In this document: piece by piece, positions 28,013 through 36,079 of the stretch
Position numbering within the stretch: the first letter of the stretch is position 1
Layout of the letters: each line of letters starts with the position of its first letter
NCBI GenBank assembly: GCA_001003605.1
Contig: LCPL01000005.1
Span: forward strand, 1 to 63,197
Source: Parcubacteria group bacterium GW2011_GWC2_48_17
GTDB taxonomy: Bacteria; Patescibacteriota; Minisyncoccia; Phycocordibacterales; UBA10002
Direction of reading: 5' to 3'
DNA length: 63,197 bases
Notes under the pieces: generated by a model
What the model saw: the letters and a program-made list of their open reading frames with translations, nothing else
Told to the model about the DNA's origin: nothing
The model's database searches: none
Translations under genes and position numbers: made by a program

Positions 28013-28468
28013 TTAGCGTTTAGTTTGGAGAAATTGAGTACCTCCTTTTCGGAGTTTCCGTTGTTTGTAGATGATGATGGCAAGCGAGATGAGGAAAAAG
28101 AGCGGGGGCAGAAGAACGGTCGCGAACTCTTCGTCGCTTCCCCAGTTGACCCACCCGCCCATTTGGGACTTGTTGTTGTAGGTGTAGAAAATGACGGCGA
28201 GCATGACGGCGAAAGTGGGCGCCGCGAACTTCGCCCAGGCGATAAATGTCTCCCGCCGGACAAATAGGAGGATGAAAGAGATAGCGAGAAGCGGGAGGAA
28301 AGACCAAAGTAAAGGTTCTATTTTCTGTTCAAAAAAACCATTGCAAAGGAAGTTCTCAAAAGCACTGGTAGAACCCCAACAGTCTATAGAAAAGATAAGA
28401 AGTGACGCCCCTCCTACAATTACTAAAGAGATAATAAAAATTATTGATACAAATTTCTTGTGGAACAT
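28013..28468 (-). CDS. polytopic membrane protein, function unknown
   Basis: 151 aa with four predicted hydrophobic helices. Confidence 0.45.
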   Translation of the reverse strand: MFHKKFVSIIFIISLVIVGGASLLIFSIDCWGSTSAFENFLCNGFFEQKIEPLLWSFLPLLAISFILLFVRRETFIAWAKFAAPTFAVMLAVIFYTYNNKSQMGGWVNWGSDEEFATVLLPPLFFLISLAIIIYKQRKLRKGGTQFLQTKR

Positions 28469-28472
28469 AAAA

Positions 28473-31400
28473 CTATTCTACCACCATATTCATAATGTTC
28501 TCCAACATAGTTATCAACTCCGTCGCCTCTCCTGCCGTGAGCAGTTTCTTCTTTTCATAGAGAGAAATGAGACGAAAAACCTTGGCAAAGGCCTGTTTTG
28601 TCTTGAGCTTCTCCAATCGCTCTTTCTTACGCTCTTTCATAAGCTCCTTCTCCAGTTTGTCCATCCGTTTTAGAAGCTCCTTTTCCTTCTTCGGCGGTAG
28701 CTCAAGCGTCTTTATGAGTCCCTTTACAATGCCGACAAGCTCCTCGGCCGTCAGTCCCCCGGGTGTTACTTCCGCGTCTGTGTTTCCATCTCCGTCAATG
28801 TCAAGCGAAAGCACCGGGGAAACACTCCCTCCCGCCTCAAGTGTTGCAACGGTCGTGGTTGCCGTAGGAATATCCTCAAAAATCGTCGTGGTTGCGACCT
28901 CTCCGCCAAGGAGTTCCTCGATATCAATCGTGAATGTTCCAAGCCCCGAACCGTAGAGGGTAACGGTCGTGGTCGCATCGCCTCCTGCTCCGGCATACTG
29001 CCCTTCGCCGATTCGCCAGTAGTAGCTGTTGGGAATCTGCTCTTCGACAAGCTTGAAGTCCGAATCGGGATTGGTATTGGGAACCGGCCCGGTGTGCCGG
29101 CCGAGAGAGTCGGAAAGGTGAAGCAGAACCGGAGAGTGGGCGCTCAACCGTACTCGTTTGTCGGCGTCGGTAATCTCCGGCCGTGTTGATGAAATAAAAG
29201 CTGGGAGTGTACTTGTGGATTCATTCTTGATAAGTGCCGTGATTAAATCTTGAAGAGAGTTAATTTCAAGAATATTTTTGTGTTCGCGGTTGAGATTTCC
29301 GGGGACTTTATTGTATCTATATACATCCACATAATACCTCTCTCCTTGAAGCGCCTCGGCCGATGGGACAACCACCGTCGCATCGCCTTCAAATGTATCA
29401 AGTGGCTCCGGGTCAAGCACATCGGTCATTAAACACGCGGAATTGTTCTCGTTACACACGCGCTTCCTCGCTGAGGCGTATTTAATTCCGTACGGCGTCG
29501 CAAGTCCCCAACCGACAACTTCAATCACCGGAATCCCCGAAGGCGGCGTCCATGTATCCGCCGCGCCATGATACTCCTCGGCGTTGCTCAAGAAATTCTC
29601 CTTGAGCACATTGGGCACATCCACCTCACTCGTCGCCGGCTCGGCGCGGCTCCCGTCTTCGCCACGAAGAAACCGCCGAAGCGAGTCGTAATCGGAAATG
29701 GAATCACCGTAGAGAGTCCTAAACTCCTCCGTCACATCGGTCGTCGTAGAAAACTCAACCATCGGGCGCATCAAGGGCGCGCCCTGCCTTGTGAAGTATT
29801 CGCGCGAGGGCAAAAGCGCGTAGGCGCTTTTCATATTCTCGCCAAGCTCCCGCGTGGCTTCACGGCTTGGAAGTCCGAGGAAAAATTCGCTGCCATGCAA
29901 GAGCTGAAGAACGGCGTCAGGCGTCCCAAGCTCCGGCGCGGCAACCATAATCACTCGGTCAATCAAACCAGCTTTTCCAAGCCGCGCAAGCTCGCTTAAA
30001 AGCTCCTTCGCCACGAGTCCGCCGTTTGAGTGCGTGATGAGCGTCACTTTTCCCGTCTCCGACGAGGTGGCGAGCGCCTCAATGCGAGAAACCATTGCGT
30101 ACGACGCGCCATCTTGAAGCGCGATGTCGCCGACAGCGACATCGCGGACGTCAAATCGCCAATCATAGGGCAGTGGCTCAAACGCATTGATAACGCCGTC
30201 CGCGACAAGACTCTCCATACGCGCGATAAATTCTTTGTAAATGTTGCCTGCAATCGGAAAGCCGAGTGGCTCGTCAAGCACATCGCGCGTGTAAATTCCG
30301 GCGTTGACACTTTCGCCGGTCGTAGTCGAGAGCGCGAGCTCCGCCACATCATGATTGTTGTTCGGCTCCCACAGCTTGTCCTCAAACAAAATGCCCTCCT
30401 TATACAACCGGCTCGCCTCAAGACCGGGAATAAACGCGACCGACGAACAGCACAGAACCTCCGCAAGCGGGTCGCTTGAAAGCCAATCAGAAAAGTCCAC
30501 ATTGTCCGAAACCTCATCGCCAAAACCAGCGGGGTTCAATGCCGGATGAAACGGGCCCGTTGCATCGCCCCAAAAATTCGCGCGAGCATCCACTACTGTA
30601 GTAGTCGAATTAAAGAAACCGTAGAAAAGATTTCCGAAAATCGAGCTGTTATCAACGGAAACATTTGGCTGAAATTCGAAAGTTGAGCCTACTCGCGCAC
30701 CGTATCCGTTGCCGCGAAGCGTTGTCCTCTCAACCAGCGCCGAACTCCCAAACACCGCCAGACCAAAACGACCAAAATCCTCAATCGTTGAATCGGCAAG
30801 ATAAATGGAAGAGCCACCGAAACTGAAGTCGCGATACAATTCAACTCCTGAATCCATGCCGCTCGCGAAACGAGACGCAGTCGCCGTCGCGTGAGCGCCG
30901 TAAAGTCCGAGTGCCGCTCCAAAACCAACTCCATCCACCAAAAAATTATCTAAAAAGATTTTTGCCCCGCGGTAGAAACTGGCCGCGTCGCGACCTGCCG
31001 TAACATCGCGAATCTCAGAATTAGCGATAACAAAGACACCTCCGTCGCCCCAGATTCCATCGCCGGCGACGTTTTGAATGGAAACATTTTCAAGTCCGAT
31101 GTCGCTATTCCCGCCCGCCCCAATCGCGTCCGTGATGTTCTCAAACCGGACATCATTGAAATCCGCGCTCGTGCCGTAAAAAAATAAGGTGTCGTAAGAA
31201 TAAGAAAAATCCGTATGCTCTATTTTGTGGGGTCCAGAGCCAAAATTAAAGTTGATATTCCATCTATCAGACTCGCTCGGCTCCGTTAAATCGGCATCGC
31301 CATTCGTGTCGCCGCTGTTCGCGTCGTTTCGAAGCGAAGTTAAATACGCTGGTTTTTCGGCGGTTCCCAAAACGTTGAGGGTGCCGTTTACGTTTATCCC

Positions 31401-31664
31401 CGAATTGCTTCCGGCCTTAACAACCGCGCCGGCTCCAATGGTAAGTATTACTCCCGCGTTCACCCGAATCCGGAATCCGTCGGGAATGACATAAGGACTG
31501 CCGGCTTCAGTCCAGACCGTATCGGTGGAAATGCTCCCGGTGACTTCAGTTGCCGCAAAAGCGGTGGGAGTGAGCATAAACATGGCGACACTCGCCACTA
31601 AAAAAACAGTGAGAAAAGAAAAACGAGTGGAGCAAGAACGGTAGGAAATTGCGAGGTTGGACAT
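28473..31664 (-). CDS. large secreted protein: N-terminal parallel beta-helix repeats plus alpha/beta-hydrolase (lipase/LCAT-like) domain
   Basis: 1063 aa with a signal peptide (FLVASVAMFMLTPTAFA), Gly/Asn/Asp-rich beta-helix-like repeats, the nucleophile elbow ITHSNGG and a C-terminal Lys/Glu coiled coil. Confidence 0.7.
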   Translation of the reverse strand: MSNLAISYRSCSTRFSFLTVFLVASVAMFMLTPTAFAATEVTGSISTDTVWTEAGSPYVIPDGFRIRVNAGVILTIGAGAVVKAGSNSGINVNGTLNVLGTAEKPAYLTSLRNDANSGDTNGDADLTEPSESDRWNINFNFGSGPHKIEHTDFSYSYDTLFFYGTSADFNDVRFENITDAIGAGGNSDIGLENVSIQNVAGDGIWGDGGVFVIANSEIRDVTAGRDAASFYRGAKIFLDNFLVDGVGFGAALGLYGAHATATASRFASGMDSGVELYRDFSFGGSSIYLADSTIEDFGRFGLAVFGSSALVERTTLRGNGYGARVGSTFEFQPNVSVDNSSIFGNLFYGFFNSTTTVVDARANFWGDATGPFHPALNPAGFGDEVSDNVDFSDWLSSDPLAEVLCCSSVAFIPGLEASRLYKEGILFEDKLWEPNNNHDVAELALSTTTGESVNAGIYTRDVLDEPLGFPIAGNIYKEFIARMESLVADGVINAFEPLPYDWRFDVRDVAVGDIALQDGASYAMVSRIEALATSSETGKVTLITHSNGGLVAKELLSELARLGKAGLIDRVIMVAAPELGTPDAVLQLLHGSEFFLGLPSREATRELGENMKSAYALLPSREYFTRQGAPLMRPMVEFSTTTDVTEEFRTLYGDSISDYDSLRRFLRGEDGSRAEPATSEVDVPNVLKENFLSNAEEYHGAADTWTPPSGIPVIEVVGWGLATPYGIKYASARKRVCNENNSACLMTDVLDPEPLDTFEGDATVVVPSAEALQGERYYVDVYRYNKVPGNLNREHKNILEINSLQDLITALIKNESTSTLPAFISSTRPEITDADKRVRLSAHSPVLLHLSDSLGRHTGPVPNTNPDSDFKLVEEQIPNSYYWRIGEGQYAGAGGDATTTVTLYGSGLGTFTIDIEELLGGEVATTTIFEDIPTATTTVATLEAGGSVSPVLSLDIDGDGNTDAEVTPGGLTAEELVGIVKGLIKTLELPPKKEKELLKRMDKLEKELMKERKKERLEKLKTKQAFAKVFRLISLYEKKKLLTAGEATELITMLENIMNMVVE

Positions 31665-31699
31665 CGTAGGGGTACGATAAAAGATGCCAAAATTGTATC

Positions 31700-32405
31700 A
31701 ACCAACCTATCCCGCGCGCAAGCGCGTATCTGGTGGGACTCCGTAAACTATTTTGCGCTAAGAGTGCGTATGTCCCTAACTATGAAATCAATTACCACCG
31801 TCAGAGGCGGTGGTATGAACTTCAACCTAAAAGGCATTAGCTGGTAACCCAGTACGTCACGTTCCTGCTGTCATTTTACTTACTTCCGTATCTGCTCCTC
31901 ATCAGCTCCGATACAGATACGTGCTCACTCCGCGTCTATCTGACCGAGCATCATGATGGATCGGTGTTTCTCTGTCCGGTATTTAGCAATAGTATGCTAT
32001 AGCATACTATTGCTAAGTGCCAGATGACTTGAATACACCTGCAGAGCCTTGTGTTAGAGTCACCGCCGGAGGCGGTGGCTTAGAAGAATCAAAATATTTC
32101 TTAGCATTTGCTCACGGCCGTGAGTAAATGCTAAATGGAGAATACCCTAGTAGCACTTGAATCAAAATAAAGGGTACTAAACCGCAGGGCAAGCCCTGCA
32201 CCCATAATGAGTTCGCAGACTCGCGCTTCACCGCCCCGAGGGGCGGGGTAGTACACCCTTTGATTCGACTTCGTTTTGACGCCGTGCAAACTAGCAAGTT
32301 GTCGTGGCTTTCCCTACGGGAACGGTACACCTTTCGCAGGTGAAGACACCTGGCTCAAGGTCTTGCGGAAGCTCCATGCATTCGCTTCCTCACCTCGCTT
32401 GTCGA
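31700..32405 (-). other. ORF-free, hairpin-dense region; possible RNase P RNA with insertions (uncertain)
   Basis: The minus strand contains GAGGAAG...GAGCCAGGTGTCTTCACCTG...TTCCCGTAGGGAAAGCCACGAC in the same order as E. coli M1 GAGGAAAG...GCCAGGUAACGCCUGG...GGGAAACCCACGAC. The canonical AGUCC of P4 is not seen. Confidence 0.3.
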
Positions 32406-32458
32406 AATAAGAAATTCTTGAAGCGGTGGCAAGAATAGGATATAGTTCACATTCTAGT

Positions 32459-32545
32459 GGAGGGTTGGCTGAGCGGTCGAAAGCAGCACACTGCTAATGT
32501 GCTGTCCGGGAAACCGGACCGTGGGTTCGAATCCCACACCCTCCG
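32459..32545 (+). tRNA. tRNA-Ser (anticodon GCU)
   Basis: GGAGGGT TG GCT GAGCGGTCGAA AGC A GCACA CTGCTAA TGTGC, long variable arm TGTCCGGGAAACCGGAC C, GTGGG TTCGAAT CCCAC ACCCTCC G. Confidence 0.9.
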
Positions 32546-33015
32546 TTTGAGTCCGCGAAAACGGATGGTAGAAAGCGTGGGACGCTTTCGTGTGGGATTC
32601 GAAAAGCTTTTGAGCGTATGTTCGAGCTTCAAAGCGAAGAACATACCCAAAAGGTATACTGCTCATGTAATGAGAGAAACTCCCACACCCTCCGTTTTTA
32701 CTTAAGCGCAACAAAGAATTGAAGTTGTCGAACTTTAAAGCTTTGCGATGATTTACAATAAAAGCATCAATATTTTAAATAAATCTTAAACTTATGAACT
32801 TGGAAAGATATTCTGGGTGGCATAGCAATAATTTTGTTGATTGGTGGTTTGTATAACTCAATAGGCACACTAGGTTTTACTTTGGGGTCTAGGGCAGAGG
32901 TACTCGGTTCCAACTCTTTTACCGCTCTTCTTTGGATAGGCACAATTTGGTTTTTGTATCGAAAACTAATTAAGAAAGTCTGAGAAACTGTCTGAAAAAC
33001 TCCCATACTCTCCAT

Positions 33016-33501
33016 ATGACAACCAAATACCGGAATCCGATTATAAAAATTGTTATTATTACACAAGGTTTCTTACTACTTCTTGGAACTCTTTTCTCGT
33101 TTATTTCTGACTATTATGAAGGAGTTACTGATAACAAGATTATCGAGGTAAATTCTCGTTTTCTAGAACTTATGAGGGAAGAAAACTCTATTTCAGATAG
33201 TAGGTTGGAACTTCTTGAGATGGCTACTGTAAAAGAGCATCTGGTATTGGATAAACCACAACTAGAATCTTTTAATATCAACATAAAAAAAATTCTTGAA
33301 AGATATGATAAAAAGTTAAACACATACAAGCCTGACAGCTATAGAGAAATAAGATCTTTTTCTAATGAAATTTTAGAGGATGTCGAGCAAAAAAGAATGA
33401 TTTTCAAAAATCTCGCATTAATGCTTATCGTGCTAGCTTTCCTGATTAATGCATACGGAGTATGGACAATCAGCAAATTTCCACTACAGAGTATGCCTTA
33501 A
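33016..33501 (+). CDS. hypothetical two-TM protein in an AT-rich islet
   Basis: 161 aa with N- and C-terminal hydrophobic helices. Composition is visibly lower in GC than the neighbouring genes. Confidence 0.4.
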   Translation: MTTKYRNPIIKIVIITQGFLLLLGTLFSFISDYYEGVTDNKIIEVNSRFLELMREENSISDSRLELLEMATVKEHLVLDKPQLESFNINIKKILERYDKKLNTYKPDSYREIRSFSNEILEDVEQKRMIFKNLALMLIVLAFLINAYGVWTISKFPLQSMP

Positions 33502-33510
33502 TCTATTTTA

Positions 33511-34341
33511 ATGAGAAACAAAATTATAGGAAGAAAATCTAGAGAGGCTTCGACCTCATGGGGAAAGGTGGCAGAGTGGTACGACGAAACCGTTGAACAG
33601 AAAGGTTCATACCAGCAGGATTTGATTCTTCCGAACCTCCTGCGGCTCATGGAAATACAAAAAGGTGAGAGGATTCTTGACCTTGCTTGCGGGCAAGGAC
33701 TTTTCGCGCGCGCTTTTTATGAAGCGGGAGGAAAAGTGATTGCCTCGGATATCTCGGAGGAGCTACTTGATATCGCGAAGAAAAAATCTCCAAAGGAAAT
33801 CGCGTACTATTCCGCGCCCGCTCATGCGCTCCACTTCCTTAAAGACGGAAGCGTAGACAAGATAGCGATCGTGCTCGCCATTCAAAATATTGAAAACCTA
33901 AACGAAACATTTGCGGAATGCGCTCGTGTGCTTGCCGCGCGTGGCAAACTATACATAGTATTGAATCACCCTGCCTTCCGAATCCCAAAGGAAAGCTCAT
34001 GGGGCTTTTCCGCCGAAGGTGGACCCGCCTCTGGCGGGGATGAATCCAAGAAGAAGTGGGTACAGTACCGACGTATTGACCGATATCTCTCGAATGTGAA
34101 CATAGGGATAGATATGCACCCTGGGAGGAAATCAGGCGAGCAGACCTTTTCCTTTCACCGACCTCTTCAGACTTACGTAAAAGCTCTATTCAAACAAAAC
34201 CTTTGCGTAAGACGCCTGGAAGAATGGAGTTCCGGAAAAACCAGTCAAAAAGGTCCGCGCGCGGAAGCGGAAGACCGCGCGCGGAAAGAGATTCCGCTTT
34301 TCTTGACAATAGAGGCGCAAAAAATGCCGCGTGGCGATTAA
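33511..34341 (+). CDS. class I SAM-dependent methyltransferase
   Basis: Motif I ILDLACGQGLFARAF and motif II-like VIASDIS. Confidence 0.7.
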   Translation: MRNKIIGRKSREASTSWGKVAEWYDETVEQKGSYQQDLILPNLLRLMEIQKGERILDLACGQGLFARAFYEAGGKVIASDISEELLDIAKKKSPKEIAYYSAPAHALHFLKDGSVDKIAIVLAIQNIENLNETFAECARVLAARGKLYIVLNHPAFRIPKESSWGFSAEGGPASGGDESKKKWVQYRRIDRYLSNVNIGIDMHPGRKSGEQTFSFHRPLQTYVKALFKQNLCVRRLEEWSSGKTSQKGPRAEAEDRARKEIPLFLTIEAQKMPRGD

Positions 34342-34427
34342 TTCTTGCGCGTGACCAGAGAAACTTGATAAAATGAAGGACGAACCATTCTTTTGTTGAG
34401 GTCATTACAAACTAGCTAAAGAAATAC

Positions 34428-35288
34428 ATGCGAATCAACACAAAACAAGGACTCGCGCCAATTGCGGCGATTATCATCGCGCTTCTTGTCATCGGCGGCG
34501 GAGCGTACGGAATTAAAAAAGCGATGGATAAAAAGGCAGCGGGAGGCGAACCGGAAAAACAATCGGCAGAAGAAGTGGAAACGCGAATGCCGGTGCCGGG
34601 TACCGACACGAAAGAAACCGATATCATGAAAGTGCCGCCAGCGAAGAAAGATTCCGCGGTGACAAGCGACCCGACGACGCTTCAGGTCAAACTGGACGAG
34701 CAAAATATGTCGGGCCGAGGAGGACAAGCGGTCATCGTACAAATAGGAACCAGCACAGTGCGAGTCATTGTGAATCTGGTTGGGAAGCCGTCTCTCGAGG
34801 CGGAACCGGCGCACATTCATCTTGGTAGTTGCCCAAATCCCGGCATTGTCAAATATCCGCTCACAAATGTTGGAAATGGCGCGTCGCAGACCAATATTCC
34901 CAACATGACGCTAAGGCAATTGCTTTTGGAACTTCCGCTCGCCATCAACGTGCATAAATCCGCCGATGACCTCAAGGCCTATGTTTCCTGTGGAGATATT
35001 CTGGCAAATCAGGCGAAAGTTAAGGTAACCTACAGCATAGACGGATTTACTCCTGATACTATTAGAATCAAGAAGGGCGATACGGTCTTGTTTGAGAATG
35101 TAACCGGCAAACAGGCTTCGATTGCTTCAAATGAACACCCGGCGCACCTTTTGTATCCGGAGTTTGACCAGTACAAAACGAACCAGCGCGGAAAAACCGA
35201 ATTTCGCTTCACCTTCGATAAGGTTGGTACATGGAAGTACCATGACCACCTTAACTCAACAATGACGGGGACAGTAGTTGTGGAGTAA
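34428..35288 (+). CDS. membrane-anchored CHRD-like plus cupredoxin-like domain protein
   Basis: N-terminal TM helix, the AHIHLGSC...NVH pattern (CHRD-like) and a C-terminal IRIKKGDTVLFENV...WKYHDHLN...GTVVVE cupredoxin-like beta sandwich. Confidence 0.5.
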   Translation: MRINTKQGLAPIAAIIIALLVIGGGAYGIKKAMDKKAAGGEPEKQSAEEVETRMPVPGTDTKETDIMKVPPAKKDSAVTSDPTTLQVKLDEQNMSGRGGQAVIVQIGTSTVRVIVNLVGKPSLEAEPAHIHLGSCPNPGIVKYPLTNVGNGASQTNIPNMTLRQLLLELPLAINVHKSADDLKAYVSCGDILANQAKVKVTYSIDGFTPDTIRIKKGDTVLFENVTGKQASIASNEHPAHLLYPEFDQYKTNQRGKTEFRFTFDKVGTWKYHDHLNSTMTGTVVVE

Positions 35289-35430
35289 AATTCCAAATCA
35301 CAATTCCCAAATCACAAACAATGCACAAATTATCCAAACTCTCCAAACCAAATTTTCGTCTATGTTTTGAGTGACTGTGTTTTGTTTGGATTTTTGGATA
35401 CTGTGTTTTGTGTTAGGGTCGTAAACATAC
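35289..35430. repeat. strand-asymmetric long hairpin (CACAAA / TTTGTG word family)
   Basis: AATCACAATTCCCAAATCACAAACAATGCACAAATTATCCAAACTCTCCAAACC faces TTTTGAGTGACTGTGTTTTGTTTGGATTTTTGGATACTGTGTTTTGTG. Confidence 0.65.
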
Positions 35431-35775
35431 ATGAGCAAAACATCAAATATACTCTTGCGAGTCGCGCTTGCTTTTGCGTTTTTGTATCCTGCCTATGGGT
35501 TTTGGAAAAATCCGTTAAGTTGGGTTGGGTATATTCCGTCGTTTGTGAAAGACTTTGGACTTTCGCAGGATACGCTTCTCATAGGACTCGCTGTGGTGCA
35601 TGTTATCATCGCGCTCTGGATTCTTTCCGGCTTGCGCATTGCCATCCCATCTGTCGTGGCGGCACTCTTTCTTGGGAGTGTGGTGTACTTCAACTGGAAT
35701 CAAATTGATATTTTATTTCGTGACATTTCGCTCGCACTCGCGGCGCTCGCGCTCGCGTTCTCCAATCGGCGTTAG
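35431..35775 (+). CDS. small membrane protein (DoxX-like)
   Basis: 114 aa with four hydrophobic helices. The family assignment is weak. Confidence 0.4.
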   Translation: MSKTSNILLRVALAFAFLYPAYGFWKNPLSWVGYIPSFVKDFGLSQDTLLIGLAVVHVIIALWILSGLRIAIPSVVAALFLGSVVYFNWNQIDILFRDISLALAALALAFSNRR

Positions 35776-35963
35776 TTTTACAAGGTCGGACCTTGTAAAT
35801 AATGCCGGGTAAACCCGGTTTTCGTCGAGTTTTTGCGACATTCCCATTCGTCTTAGAGTTGTAGTGGTTACCGAGAGCAACCCCAATAGTAGTCCGCCTG
35901 AGGCGGACACTACGAGGTGGCTGTTGCAGAACACAACAGAGTACAGCTAAAGTATATGTTGTG

Positions 35964-36079
35964 ACCCTGTTAAATCCCAGCCGGAGGCTGGGAATCCGCC
36001 CGCGGCGGATTATTTAACAGGGTGGCGATTTTGTAACATCTCATCTTCGCTATGCTCGATTCGATTAACAAAATCAGCC
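35964..36079 (+). promoter_or_regulatory. shared 5' leader cassette (three-way junction), copy B, upstream of glmS
   Basis: ACCCTGTTAAAT-[CCCAGCC GGAG GCTGGG]-A-[ATCCGCC CGC GGCGGAT]-TATTTAACAGGGT-GGCGATTTT...ACAAAATCAGCC-ATG. Confidence 0.65.

Noticed and set aside
27703-28263. 186-aa minus-strand ORF antisense to comFC and overlapping the membrane protein gene in another frame.
   Set aside because: Ser/Pro/Arg-rich low-complexity translation. Both overlapped genes have better support.
31887-31921. CUGAUGAG string on the minus strand resembling a hammerhead ribozyme core.
   Set aside because: The flanking sequence forms a simple hairpin (CGTATCTG/CAGATACG). No stem II followed by GAAA is present, and no three-stem junction can be drawn.
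35776-36079. glmS ribozyme expected upstream of glmS.
   Set aside because: I could not find the conserved glmS ribozyme core strings. The region is instead occupied by the shared three-way-junction cassette. An Infernal search with RF00234 would settle it.
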